The notes under the pieces were generated by a model that had not been told where the DNA came from, did no database searches, and was given only the letters and a program-made list of their open reading frames with translations. A stretch of 64,000 nucleotides of DNA from Burkholderiales bacterium. Lineage in GTDB: Bacteria > Pseudomonadota > Gammaproteobacteria > Burkholderiales > JACQAP01. Each line of letters opens with the position of its first letter. The first letter of the stretch is position 1. Of the stretch, positions 19,560-29,659 are shown piece after piece. The stretch spans positions 138,646 to 202,645 of the forward strand of contig DASZTG010000021.1 in the NCBI GenBank assembly GCA_035548375.1. Reading direction: 5' to 3'. Position numbers and translations under genes: made by a program.

Positions 19560-20714
19560 CTAGACAGCCTGTCCAGCGGCGTAGCCGGAGGCCCAGGCCC
19601 ACTGGAAGTTGTAACCGCCCAGGTGCCCGGTGACGTCCACGACCTCGCCGATGAAATACAGCCCCGGTTGCTTGCGGGCTTCCATCGTTTTCGAAGACAG
19701 TTCGCGGGTGTCGACGCCGCCGAGCGTGACTTCGGCCTTCTTGTATCCAACCGTACCGCTGGGCCGCACACGCCAGTCGTGCAGGCGCGCGGCGACTTCG
19801 CGCAGTCGTGTGGCGTCGATGCGCTTGACCGGCTGGTTTTCGAAATGCGCTTCCACCCAGCGCTGGGCGAACCGCTGCGGCAGCAATTCACCGAGGACGT
19901 TGGCGAGCAGTTTTTCCGACGCCTGCATGCTCGCCAGAACTTCTCTTGCATCCCCATCCGGCAGCAAGTCGATCGACAAATCGACGCCGGGACGCCAGTA
20001 GGAAGAAATCTGCAGGATGGCGGGCCCGGACAACCCGCGATGCATGACGAGAAGATTTTCGCGGAAGCTCGCGCCGTTGCAACTGACGATTGCATCGATC
20101 GAGATTCCGGAGAGCTCGCCGAACCGCGCCAGGGTTTCCGGTGCAAATGTGAGGCCGACGAGCGCGGGTCGCAGTTCCGTGACCGCGAGGCCGAACTGCC
20201 CGGCGACGCGATAGCCGAAAGGGCTTGCGCCGATCTGCGGGATCGACAATCCGCCGCTTGCGATGACCAGCGACGCACATTCGAAAACCCCGCGATCGGA
20301 AATGACGTGGAAACCGTTTTGTTTCTCGATCGAGGCGATCGTCGCAGGCATGCACCACTGCACGCCTGCACCGTCGCATTCGGCCCTCAGCATGTCGATG
20401 ACCTGCTGCGCCGAATCGTCGCAGAACAACTGGCCCAGTTTCTTTTCATGCCAGGCGATGCCGTGCTTCTCCACGAGCGCGATGAAGTCGCGCGGCGTAT
20501 ACCGCGCCAGCGCGGAGCGACAGAAATCGGGATTCCCGGAAAGATAGTTCTCGGGTCGTGCGTCTATGTTCGTGAAATTGCAGCGGCCGCCACCGGAGAT
20601 GCGGATTTTCTCGCCGAGCTTTGCCGCGTGATCGAGCAACACCACGCGACGGCCGCGCTTGCCGGCCTCGATCGCGCACATCATGCCGGCGGCCCCTGCG
20701 CCGACTATGAGCAC
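19560..20714 (-). CDS. HI0933/BaiN-family NAD(FAD)-utilising flavoprotein
   Basis: GTG start. VGAGAAGMMCA FAD motif and the family signature ISGGGRCNFTN. Confidence 0.8.
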   Translation of the reverse strand: MLIVGAGAAGMMCAIEAGKRGRRVVLLDHAAKLGEKIRISGGGRCNFTNIDARPENYLSGNPDFCRSALARYTPRDFIALVEKHGIAWHEKKLGQLFCDDSAQQVIDMLRAECDGAGVQWCMPATIASIEKQNGFHVISDRGVFECASLVIASGGLSIPQIGASPFGYRVAGQFGLAVTELRPALVGLTFAPETLARFGELSGISIDAIVSCNGASFRENLLVMHRGLSGPAILQISSYWRPGVDLSIDLLPDGDAREVLASMQASEKLLANVLGELLPQRFAQRWVEAHFENQPVKRIDATRLREVAARLHDWRVRPSGTVGYKKAEVTLGGVDTRELSSKTMEARKQPGLYFIGEVVDVTGHLGGYNFQWAWASGYAAGQAV

Positions 20715-20736
20715 GTCGGCGCGGACTGCGCCGCTC

Positions 20737-21312
20737 TTACCTGAAGAAATAGACCAACGCCAGCAGGATGACCACGCCCCCGATGACCCAGACGTAGGTT
20801 GGAAAGCCGGATCTTGCGGGGGGCGCGATGACGTTTTCCGCGGTTGCCGATGATTCTGTCGACGCAGGCGCCGCGGCGACCACGACGCTGTTGAAGCGGG
20901 CGAAGAAATCGTCGCTCATTTTCTTCGCGACGCCGTCGATCAGGCGCGAGCCGATCTGCGCGAGCTTGCCACCCACGCTCGCGTTGACCTTGTAGGAAAG
21001 CACGGTGCCGCCAGCTTCCGGCGCGAGTGAAACCTGGGCACCGCCCTTGCCGAAACCAGCCGCGCCGCCCGAGCCTTCGAACGCGAGGGAATACGAATTC
21101 GGCGGATTCAAATCGGCCAGCGTGAGCTTGCCGTTGAACTTCGCCTTGACCGGGCCGACCGCGGCCGTCATGGCCACCTTGTATTCGGTGTCCGACACCT
21201 TCTCGATGCTCTCGCAGCCCGGAATGCAGGCCTTGAGCGTTTCGGGGTCGTTGAGCGCCTCCCAGACGCGCTGCTGCGAAAGGGGGATGCGCTGCTCGCC
21301 GCTCATTTCCAT
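20737..21312 (-). CDS. coxG: CoxG-family SRPBCC protein with C-terminal membrane anchor
   Basis: ATG 21312 (MEMSGEQRIPLSQQRVWEALNDPETLKACIPGCE...), typical of the CoxG N-terminus. The C-terminal segment YVWVIGGVVILLALVYFF is hydrophobic. Confidence 0.75.
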   Translation of the reverse strand: MEMSGEQRIPLSQQRVWEALNDPETLKACIPGCESIEKVSDTEYKVAMTAAVGPVKAKFNGKLTLADLNPPNSYSLAFEGSGGAAGFGKGGAQVSLAPEAGGTVLSYKVNASVGGKLAQIGSRLIDGVAKKMSDDFFARFNSVVVAAAPASTESSATAENVIAPPARSGFPTYVWVIGGVVILLALVYFFR

Positions 21313-21451
21313 GTTGCCGCTTCTCCTGTTGGTTGCATTTGCGGCCCGATGCACCGTCTTGGGCCGCGCCACTGGATTATGCGCCCGCTTTGGTGGCATT
21401 CAAGCGCGAACTTCGCATCGATCGCGGTCATAACAGGAATTAGCGGTCGTC

Positions 21452-21471
21452 GATAACAACTACTCATTATC
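21452..21471. promoter_or_regulatory. Dyad GATAA-N10-TTATC (candidate LysR-type T-N11-A operator) in the divergent coxG / ABC-operon region
   Basis: Perfect 5+5 inverted repeat about 90 nt upstream of the binding-protein ATG. A further ATAACA copy lies at 21430. Confidence 0.3.
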
Positions 21472-21557
21472 TTTTTGGAAATCCCTTGGCTAGTCTGCAT
21501 GGGCGCACAGAGTCCGCACCAACCGCAACCGTTTGCATTCTCCAGGGGAGTTCCATC

Positions 21558-22910
21558 ATGAGCGATACCGTTGATACGAAAAAGGTAACGACCGTCGACG
21601 ACGCAGCCGCGCCGGCCGACGGAGGCATCAACACCACGCGCCGGGCGATTCTGAAAAGCGCCGCGGCAGCGGCAGGCGTCGCAGGCGCACAGGCAATCAC
21701 GGGATTTCCGTTGATCTGGTCTCAGGAAATCAAGGACATCGAGCTGCGACACGTCGGCGTGTCGTATTCGGTGGTCAAGGCGATCGGCGACCAGGCATCG
21801 AAGGATCTCGGCTTCAAGGTGACGATGCAGAACCTCGATACCTCGGCCGCGATCAACCGCTTCGTCACGCAGCCCAACACCGTAGACATCGCCGACGTCG
21901 AAGGCTGGCAGGCCAAACTGGCCACCAAGCGCGGCGTGATCCAGGGCATCGAACGCAAGAAGATCAAGGAATTCGAAAACATCCTGCCGATCTTCACGAA
22001 GGGTGCGATCGACGGCAAGGTGGTATCGCGCCAGGGCATCTCGCCTTATGAAGCGATGTACATCTCCAAGCCGGACGCGACGGAACTGCACGAGGGCGTG
22101 ACCGACTGGTGCACCTTCCTGCCGCAGGTCTACAACGCGGACTCCATCGGTTACCGGCCCGACCTGATCAAGAAGCCGATCACAGAATGGAAGGAACTCA
22201 TCAATCCCGAATACAAGGGCAAGGCCGCGATCCTCGACGTGCCCGCCATCGGCATCATGGATGCGGCGCTGTGCTTCGAGAGCGCGGGCGAAATCAAGTA
22301 CGGCAACAAGGGCAACATGACCAAGTCGGAGATCGATTTCACGATCAACCGGCTGATCGAGCTCAAGAAGAGCGGCCACTTCCGCGCCACCTGGACGACG
22401 TTCGACCAGTCCGTCCAGCTCATGGCCGCCGGCGAAGTCATCGTGCAGTCGATGTGGTCGCCCGCCGTCGCGGCCGTGCGCGTGAAGGGCATGCCCTGCA
22501 TCTATGCGCCGGTCAACAAGAAGGGCGACAAGGAAGGCTATCGCGGCTGGTGCAACGGCATGGCGCTCATGAAGCATCTGTCGGGCAAGAAGCTCGATGC
22601 CGCCTATGAATACCTGAACTGGTACCTGTCCGGCTGGCAGGGCGGCTTCGTCGCGCGCTACGGCTATTACAGCCCGGTGCCCTCGACGGCGAAGAAATTC
22701 CTGTCCGCGAACGAGTGGGCCTACTGGTACGAAGGCAAGCCCGCAAAGGAAACCATCCTCGATCCGTACGGCGTGGCGATGGAAAAAGCCGGCGCCCTGC
22801 GCGACGGCGGTTCCTTCCTCGATCGCGTGACCAACATTTCCTGCTGGAACACGCTGATGGACGAAGCGCAATACATGAACAAGCGCTGGAACGACTTCAA
22901 GGCAGCTTGA
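21558..22910 (+). CDS. ABC transporter substrate-binding protein (PotD/PotF-like) with twin-arginine signal
   Basis: GGGGAG then ATG 21558. Tat motif TRRAILKSAAAAAGVAGAQA. The size and W/Y-rich pattern fit polyamine-type SBPs. Confidence 0.8.
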   Translation: MSDTVDTKKVTTVDDAAAPADGGINTTRRAILKSAAAAAGVAGAQAITGFPLIWSQEIKDIELRHVGVSYSVVKAIGDQASKDLGFKVTMQNLDTSAAINRFVTQPNTVDIADVEGWQAKLATKRGVIQGIERKKIKEFENILPIFTKGAIDGKVVSRQGISPYEAMYISKPDATELHEGVTDWCTFLPQVYNADSIGYRPDLIKKPITEWKELINPEYKGKAAILDVPAIGIMDAALCFESAGEIKYGNKGNMTKSEIDFTINRLIELKKSGHFRATWTTFDQSVQLMAAGEVIVQSMWSPAVAAVRVKGMPCIYAPVNKKGDKEGYRGWCNGMALMKHLSGKKLDAAYEYLNWYLSGWQGGFVARYGYYSPVPSTAKKFLSANEWAYWYEGKPAKETILDPYGVAMEKAGALRDGGSFLDRVTNISCWNTLMDEAQYMNKRWNDFKAA

Positions 22911-22994
22911 CGTATCGGTAACGGGGGCAACCCGGGGGAGGGCGCATTCTTCCCCGGCGTTGCGACGCCCGGCCGCGCCGAATCCATCGCCGAT

Positions 22995-23894
22995 ATGTCC
23001 GCTACCGCACACGCATCGCTACCCGGGGCAGCCAGCCAGAAGAAGGGGCTGGTGTCCTGGCTCTATGTTTCGCCGCTCGTCGCGGTGCTGATCCCGTTTT
23101 TTGTCGTGCCCATCGTCGTCGTCGTGATCGCGAGCTTCCTCGAGCACGACGGTTTCGGCGGCATGATCCCGCACTTCACGCTGGCGAATTACGCAGGCGT
23201 TTTCACCGCCGGCCTGACCTTGAAGCTCTACCTCAGCACCATCAAGTTCGCGATCCTGACCTGGGCGTTCACCTTGCTCATTGGCTTCTGGATCGCCTAT
23301 TTCCTGGTGTTCCACGTGCGCAACCAGCTGCTTGCGATCGGCCTGTTCCTGGTCTGCACCGTGCCGTTCTGGACCTCGAACATCATTCGCATGATTTCGT
23401 GGATCCCGCTGCTGGGCAAGAACGGCCTGGTCAATGCGGGGCTGATTTCCAGCGGTGTCATCGACCAGCCGCTGGAATTCCTGCTGTTCTCGGATTTCGC
23501 GGTGGTGGTCGCGTACACCCACCAGCTCACCATCTTCATGATCGTGCCGATCTTCAATGCCATGGCACGCATCGACAAGCGCACCATCGAGGCCGCGCGG
23601 GACGCGGGTGCGAGCCGCTTCGAGATCATGCGCCACATCGTCGTGCCGCTTTCGCGCAACGGCATCGCGCTCGGCTCGATTTTCGTGTTGTCCATCGTCA
23701 TGGGCGACTTCTTCGTCGTGAAAGTCATGAGCGGTGGCGGTTCGGCGTCGGTCGTGTCCGCTCTCTTCGAAGACATCGCCGTCCTGCAATACCCGCCCGC
23801 GGCGGCTGCGGCGGTGATCCTGCTGCTGGTGGTCGTGATCATGATCGCGCTGATCCTGCGGACGGTGGACGTGCGCAAGGAAATCACGCGATGA
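22995..23894 (+). CDS. ABC transporter permease (PotB-like)
   Basis: 6 TM. EAA loop IEAARDAGASRFEIMRHIVVP. Confidence 0.85.
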   Translation: MSATAHASLPGAASQKKGLVSWLYVSPLVAVLIPFFVVPIVVVVIASFLEHDGFGGMIPHFTLANYAGVFTAGLTLKLYLSTIKFAILTWAFTLLIGFWIAYFLVFHVRNQLLAIGLFLVCTVPFWTSNIIRMISWIPLLGKNGLVNAGLISSGVIDQPLEFLLFSDFAVVVAYTHQLTIFMIVPIFNAMARIDKRTIEAARDAGASRFEIMRHIVVPLSRNGIALGSIFVLSIVMGDFFVVKVMSGGGSASVVSALFEDIAVLQYPPAAAAAVILLLVVVIMIALILRTVDVRKEITR

Positions 23895-24778
23895 GCGCCA
23901 CCACGATGTCGATTGCCCGCCATCCGAAAGCGCGCAAGCGCAGCGTGGCCGATGAATCGAAGCGGCCCTGGACGTTCTGGGTGCTGGCCGCGCTGTTCGC
24001 TGCCTACGTGCTGGCGCTGTACGGCCCCATGCTGTGCATCTACGTGCTGTCGTTCCAGGACGTGCGCGGCGGCCTGGTGTTCCCGATGAAAGGCCTGTCG
24101 ACGCACTGGTTCGTGGACTTGTTCACGCAAGTGCGCACCGGCGACGTCAAGGGCGGCTTCGATCGCTCGATCACGCTCGCGGTGATCGTGACGGTACTGA
24201 CGGTCGTGGGTTCGTTCCTCGCGGGCCTGGCGTTTCGCAACCGCTTCAAGGGCGACGGCATCGTCTTCTACGTGATGATAGGCAGCCTGGTTGCGCCCGG
24301 ACTCGTGCTCGGCATCGGCATCGGCCTGCTGTTCCAGTACTTCGGCCTGCCCGCAAGCTGGTACACGTCCGCGCTCGGCGCCCACCTGAGCTGGACCTTG
24401 CCATTCGGCGTGCTGGTCATGTTCGCCGTGATGTCGCGCTTCGATCGTGCGTGGGAGGAAGCCGGTCGCGACCTCGGCGCCACCTCGTGGCAGATTATTC
24501 GCATGGTCGTCATCCCCATCCTGCTGCCCGGCATCGTCGCCGTGGCACTGTTCGGCTTCACGCTTTCCTACGATGAATTCTCGCGCACGCTGCAGACCTC
24601 CGGCCCGCTCAACACCCTGCCGCTGGAAATCTGGAGCATGACCCTGAACGTGACATCGCCCTCGCTGTATGCCCTCGGCACGGTGACGACGCTGGCCTCC
24701 TTCCTGATCATCGGCGTCTGCCTCGGGGCGATCGCAATCTTGCAGAAGCGGCGCGCGCGTTCCCTTTCCTCGCATTGA
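23891..24778 (+). CDS. ABC transporter permease (PotC-like)
   Basis: ATG 23891 overlaps the preceding stop (ATGA). EAA loop EEAGRDLGATSWQIIRMVVIP. The track ORF 23399.. is an upstream out-of-gene extension. Confidence 0.85.
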   Translation: MSATTMSIARHPKARKRSVADESKRPWTFWVLAALFAAYVLALYGPMLCIYVLSFQDVRGGLVFPMKGLSTHWFVDLFTQVRTGDVKGGFDRSITLAVIVTVLTVVGSFLAGLAFRNRFKGDGIVFYVMIGSLVAPGLVLGIGIGLLFQYFGLPASWYTSALGAHLSWTLPFGVLVMFAVMSRFDRAWEEAGRDLGATSWQIIRMVVIPILLPGIVAVALFGFTLSYDEFSRTLQTSGPLNTLPLEIWSMTLNVTSPSLYALGTVTTLASFLIIGVCLGAIAILQKRRARSLSSH

Positions 24779-24788
24779 GTCGAACAAG

Positions 24789-25892
24789 ATGAAGATCGAA
24801 TCTGGAGACATCGAGCTGGCCGGGTTGTACAAGCACTTCGGCGAAACGGCCGCCGTGGACGGCGTGAACCTGAAGATCCCGGATGGCGCCTATTGCTGTT
24901 TCCTCGGGCCTTCGGGTTGCGGCAAGACCACCATCCTGCGCATGATCGCCGGCCACGAGGATCCGACCGGCGGCGAGATCCTGATCGGCGGGCATGACGT
25001 GGTCGGCCTGCCGCCGGTCGAACGGCGCACCGCGATGATGTTCCAGTCGTACGCGCTGTTCCCGCACCTGTCCGTGCGCGACAACGTCGCGTTCCCGTTG
25101 CGCGTGCGAGGTTTGTCGAAAGCCGACCGCTACAAGTCCGCCGATGCGATGCTGGAAAAAGTGCGCCTGACCGAGCTCGCGAATCGCCTGCCGGGACAAT
25201 TGTCCGGCGGCCAGCAGCAGCGCGTGGCGCTGGCTCGCGCCGCGATCACCGAGCCGAAGGTGCTGTTGCTCGATGAACCGCTGTCGGCGCTCGACGAGCA
25301 GTTGCGCATCCAGATGCGCACCGAACTGCGCCGCATGCAGCGCGAGCTCGGCATCACCTTCGTGCACGTCACCCACACGCAACTCGAAGCCATCGCGCTG
25401 GCGGATATCGTGGTCGTCATGGAGAAAGGCAAGATCAAGCAGGCGGGGCCGGCGCGGGAAGTCTATGCCGAGCCCAAGGATCGCTACGTGGCCGAGTTCC
25501 TCGGCGGCCAGAACGTGCTATCCGGCAAGGTCGAGAGTGTCAACGGCGCGAGCCTCGTGGTCAGCGCGCCGGATTCGGCGGCCATCGTCGTGCCGTTGAA
25601 AGGGCGCAACGCGGTCCATGGCGGCGAGCGCGTCGAACTCGCGGTGCGCCGCGACGACATTCATTTGCGCCGCCCGGGCCAGCAGAACCTGGAGCCGGGC
25701 TGGAATTCCATCAGTGCGCGCATCCGCGCCATCGAGTACCAGGGCGCGTTCGTCAAGGTCATGCTGGACGCGCTCGGCGAGGCGGAGTTCGTTGCTTACG
25801 TCCCCGAGCGCGAGTTCTTCGTCGACACGTTCGCGGTCGGCGACGTCGTCATCGCCGCCTGGCGCGCGGAACGTTCACTGCTGTTGTCGTAG
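24789..25892 (+). CDS. ABC transporter ATP-binding protein (PotA-like)
   Basis: Walker A GPSGCGKTT, signature LSGGQQQRV, Walker B LLLDEP, and a C-terminal TOBE-like domain. Confidence 0.9.
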   Translation: MKIESGDIELAGLYKHFGETAAVDGVNLKIPDGAYCCFLGPSGCGKTTILRMIAGHEDPTGGEILIGGHDVVGLPPVERRTAMMFQSYALFPHLSVRDNVAFPLRVRGLSKADRYKSADAMLEKVRLTELANRLPGQLSGGQQQRVALARAAITEPKVLLLDEPLSALDEQLRIQMRTELRRMQRELGITFVHVTHTQLEAIALADIVVVMEKGKIKQAGPAREVYAEPKDRYVAEFLGGQNVLSGKVESVNGASLVVSAPDSAAIVVPLKGRNAVHGGERVELAVRRDDIHLRRPGQQNLEPGWNSISARIRAIEYQGAFVKVMLDALGEAEFVAYVPEREFFVDTFAVGDVVIAAWRAERSLLLS

Positions 25893-25916
25893 CGAATCGA
25901 TTTCAGGAGAAAGACC

Positions 25917-26393
<477 letters not shown>

Positions 26394-26395
26394 CC

Positions 26396-28801
26396 ATGCC
26401 GGACCAGCACATGAACACCCCGGCCAATCCCACCGGCATCGGCGCCGCAGTCCGCCGCAGGGAGGACATGCGGTTCCTGCTCGGCAAGGGCAACTACGTC
26501 GCCGACATCAAGCTGCCGAACATGAGCTACGGCGCGATCCTGCGTTCGCCGCACGCGCATGCGCGAGTGAAGTCCGTGGATATTTCCGCCACGTTGAAGA
26601 TGCCGGGCGTCGTGGCCGTGTACACCGGCGCCGACCTCGCGGCCGACAAAGTGGGCGGCATGCCCTGCGCCTGGCCGGTGGTCGGCAAGGGCGACGTGCC
26701 GGCGAAGGAGCCCATGCGACCGGCGCTGGCCCAGGGCAAGGTGCGCCACGTCGGCGACCCGGTTGCCTTCATCGTCGCCGAGACGCTCGAGCAGGCGCGT
26801 GACGGCGCGGAAGCAGTGGTCGTGGACTATGACGAATTGCCTGCCGCGGTCGGGGTGCTCGATGCGATCAAGCCCGGCGCGCCCGCAGTGTTCGACGACA
26901 TTCCCGACAACGTTTGCGTCGATTGGGAACTGGGTGACAAGGCCGCGACCGATGCGGCCTTCAAGAAGGCGGCCCACATCGCGCGCCTGAGCCTGGTCAA
27001 CAACCGCCTGGTCGGCAATCCCATGGAGCCGCGCGCTGCGATCGGCGACTTCGATGTTTCTCGCGGGCAGCACACGCTGTACACCACCAGCCAGCTGCCG
27101 CACATCGCCAAGCTGCTGATGGGCAATTTCGTGCTCGGCATCCCGCAGCACAAGCTGCGCTGCGTCTCGCCTGACGTGGGCGGCGGCTTCGGCGTGAAGC
27201 AGGTCCACTACCTCGAAGAAGTGCTGGTCACCTGGGCCGCGCGCAAGCTGGGCCGGCCGGTGAAGTGGGTGGCGGAGCGCAGCGAAGGGTTCATCTCCGA
27301 CGCCCACGCACGCGACCATGTCACCGAGGCCGAGATGGCGATGGACGAGAACGGCAAGTTCCTCGGCCTCAAGGTGAGCACGGTCGCCAACATGGGCGCC
27401 TACCTCTCGACGTTTGGGCCCAACATTCCCACCAACCTGTACGGGCCGCTGCTCTCCGGGGTCTACAGGCTGCCTGCCATCTATTGCGAAGTGAAATGCG
27501 TGTTCACGAACACGCTGCCGGTGGACGCGTATCGCGGCGCCGGCCGGCCGGAGGCCACGTTCTGCCTCGAACGCATCGTGGACGTCGCTGCCGGCGAAAT
27601 GAAACTGTCGAAGGACGAGATCCGCCGCCGCAACATGCTGCGCATGGAAGACTATCCCTACCAGACGCCGGTGCTGATGAACTACGACAGCGGCGATCCC
27701 CTGGGTTGCATGGACAAGGCGCTCGCGGCGGCCGACTGGAAGGGTTTCCCGGCGCGCAAGGCGGAGGCGGCGAAGCGCGGCAAGCTGCGCGGTATCGGGC
27801 TTTGCACTTATGTCGAAGCCTGCGGGCTGGCGCCTTCTCGCATCGCGATCCGCCTCGGCGTGCGCGGCGGCCTGTTCGAGAGCGCGACGGTGCGCGTGCA
27901 TCCGACCGGGCACGTCACCGTACTGATCGGCACGCACAGCCACGGCCAGGGGCACGAGACGACATGGTCGCAGATCGTGTCGACGAAATTCGGCATCCCG
28001 GCCGAAAACGTCGAGGTGGTGTTCGGCGACACGGACAAGGTCCAATTCGGACTTGGCACTTATGGGTCGCGCTCGGCGGCCGTCGGCGGATCGGCGCTTG
28101 CCAAGGCGGCCGACAAGGTAATCCTCAAAGGCAAGAAGATCGCCGCCCACATGCTGGAAGCGTCCGAGGGTGACATCGAGTTCAAGAATGGCGTGTTCTC
28201 CGTCGCGGGGACGGACCGGTCGAAGACCTTCGGCGACATTGCGCTGATGGCGCATTTCCCGGTCAACTACCCGCTGGAAATCCTCGAGCCCGGCCTGGAA
28301 GAGCAGTCGTTCTACGACCCGGTCAATTTCACTTTCCCGTGCGGCGCGCACATCGCCGAGGTGGAGATCGATCCCGAGACCGGATTCGTGAAGCTGCTGA
28401 ACTACGTGGCGGTCGACGACGTCGGGACGGTCATCAACCCGATCATCGTCGAGGGCCAGATCCACGGCGGCGTGGTGCAGGGTGTGGGCCAGGCACTGTT
28501 CGAGGACTGCGTCTACGACGAGCACTCCGGGCAGCTGCTGTCCGGCTCGTTCATGGACTACTGCATGCCGCGCGCCGACAGCATTCCCGACATGACGGTC
28601 GAAACCCATGTTACGGCCTGCACGCACAACGAACTCGGCGTGAAGGGTTGCGGCGAGGTGGGCACGATCGGCTCGCCCGCGACGGTGATCAATGCCGTGG
28701 TCGATGCGCTCCAGCATCTTGGTGTCAACCATGTGGACATGCCGGCCTCGCCGAACCGCGTGTGGCGGATCATCGCCAACGCCGGCGGGGCAGTGAAATA
28801 G
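26396..28801 (+). CDS. coxL: Molybdopterin-binding large subunit, form-II CoxL-like (xanthine dehydrogenase family)
   Basis: AAGGAG then ATG 26396, 801 aa. The active-site loop is AYRGAGR (form II), not the AYRCSFR of bona fide Mo-Cu CO dehydrogenase. Confidence 0.85.
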   Translation: MPDQHMNTPANPTGIGAAVRRREDMRFLLGKGNYVADIKLPNMSYGAILRSPHAHARVKSVDISATLKMPGVVAVYTGADLAADKVGGMPCAWPVVGKGDVPAKEPMRPALAQGKVRHVGDPVAFIVAETLEQARDGAEAVVVDYDELPAAVGVLDAIKPGAPAVFDDIPDNVCVDWELGDKAATDAAFKKAAHIARLSLVNNRLVGNPMEPRAAIGDFDVSRGQHTLYTTSQLPHIAKLLMGNFVLGIPQHKLRCVSPDVGGGFGVKQVHYLEEVLVTWAARKLGRPVKWVAERSEGFISDAHARDHVTEAEMAMDENGKFLGLKVSTVANMGAYLSTFGPNIPTNLYGPLLSGVYRLPAIYCEVKCVFTNTLPVDAYRGAGRPEATFCLERIVDVAAGEMKLSKDEIRRRNMLRMEDYPYQTPVLMNYDSGDPLGCMDKALAAADWKGFPARKAEAAKRGKLRGIGLCTYVEACGLAPSRIAIRLGVRGGLFESATVRVHPTGHVTVLIGTHSHGQGHETTWSQIVSTKFGIPAENVEVVFGDTDKVQFGLGTYGSRSAAVGGSALAKAADKVILKGKKIAAHMLEASEGDIEFKNGVFSVAGTDRSKTFGDIALMAHFPVNYPLEILEPGLEEQSFYDPVNFTFPCGAHIAEVEIDPETGFVKLLNYVAVDDVGTVINPIIVEGQIHGGVVQGVGQALFEDCVYDEHSGQLLSGSFMDYCMPRADSIPDMTVETHVTACTHNELGVKGCGEVGTIGSPATVINAVVDALQHLGVNHVDMPASPNRVWRIIANAGGAVK

Positions 28802-28852
28802 TCGACGGGACGTTGTGAAGGCTCAACACCAATCACTCACGAGGAACGGAAC

Positions 28853-29659
28853 ATGAGGAGCTTCGAATATCTGCGGCCGGCGTCCCTGCCTGATGCGGCC
28901 AAGGCGCTTGCAGGCTCGGACGCGAAGCTGATGGCAGGCGGCATGACGCTGATCCCGGCCATGAAAATGCGGCTGACGCTGCCGGAAACCGTGGTCGACC
29001 TGGGTGCAATCGGCGAGTTGCGCGGCATTCGCGCGGCGAAGGACGAAATCACGATCGGGGCGATGACACGCCATGCGGACGTTGCGTCGTCGGCGGACGT
29101 GAAGAAGGCGATTCCCGCGCTGGCATCCCTGGCGGGGGGGATCGGCGATCCCCAGGTGCGCAATCGCGGCACCATCGGCGGCTCCATCGCCAACAACGAT
29201 CCCGCTGCCGACTATCCGGCGGCCGTTCTGGCACTTGGTGCGACGATCACGACGAACAAACGCAAGATCGTCGGGGATAAATTTTTCACGGGCATGTTCG
29301 AGACCGCGCTGGATGCCGGCGAGATCATCCAGCAGGTGAGCTTCCCGGTGCCGGCGATGGCGGCCTACGAAAAATTCCGCAGCCCCGCGTCGCGCTACGC
29401 GCTGGTGGGCGTGTTCGTCGCAAAAACAGCCGCAGGCGTGCGCGTGGCCGTGACCGGTGCCGCGCCCTGCGTATTCCGCGCCACGGCCCTGGAATCGCTG
29501 CTGTCCGAGAAATTTTCCGCGGAGGCCCTGAAGGGTTTCCGTTTCCCCGCGGAAGGGTTGAATTCGGACATGCATGGCGATGCGCAGTATCGTGCCGGGC
29601 TCATCGGTGTCCTCACGCGTCGCGCAGTGGCGAGCCTGACCGGCGCGGGAATGAATTGA
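28853..29659 (+). CDS. coxM: FAD-binding medium subunit (CoxM-like)
   Basis: MAGGMTLIPAMK and GTIGGSIANNDPAADYP motifs. Confidence 0.9.
   Translation: MRSFEYLRPASLPDAAKALAGSDAKLMAGGMTLIPAMKMRLTLPETVVDLGAIGELRGIRAAKDEITIGAMTRHADVASSADVKKAIPALASLAGGIGDPQVRNRGTIGGSIANNDPAADYPAAVLALGATITTNKRKIVGDKFFTGMFETALDAGEIIQQVSFPVPAMAAYEKFRSPASRYALVGVFVAKTAAGVRVAVTGAAPCVFRATALESLLSEKFSAEALKGFRFPAEGLNSDMHGDAQYRAGLIGVLTRRAVASLTGAGMN

Noticed and set aside
21303-23012. 569-aa minus-strand ORF
   Set aside because: Antisense to the Tat-signal substrate-binding protein gene, which has clear family features. It is a shadow ORF.
26396-28801. Calling either CoxL a bona fide aerobic CO dehydrogenase
   Set aside because: Both copies carry the form-II AYRGAGR loop, not the AYRCSFR Mo-Cu active-site loop. 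The CO-oxidising function is therefore not supported.
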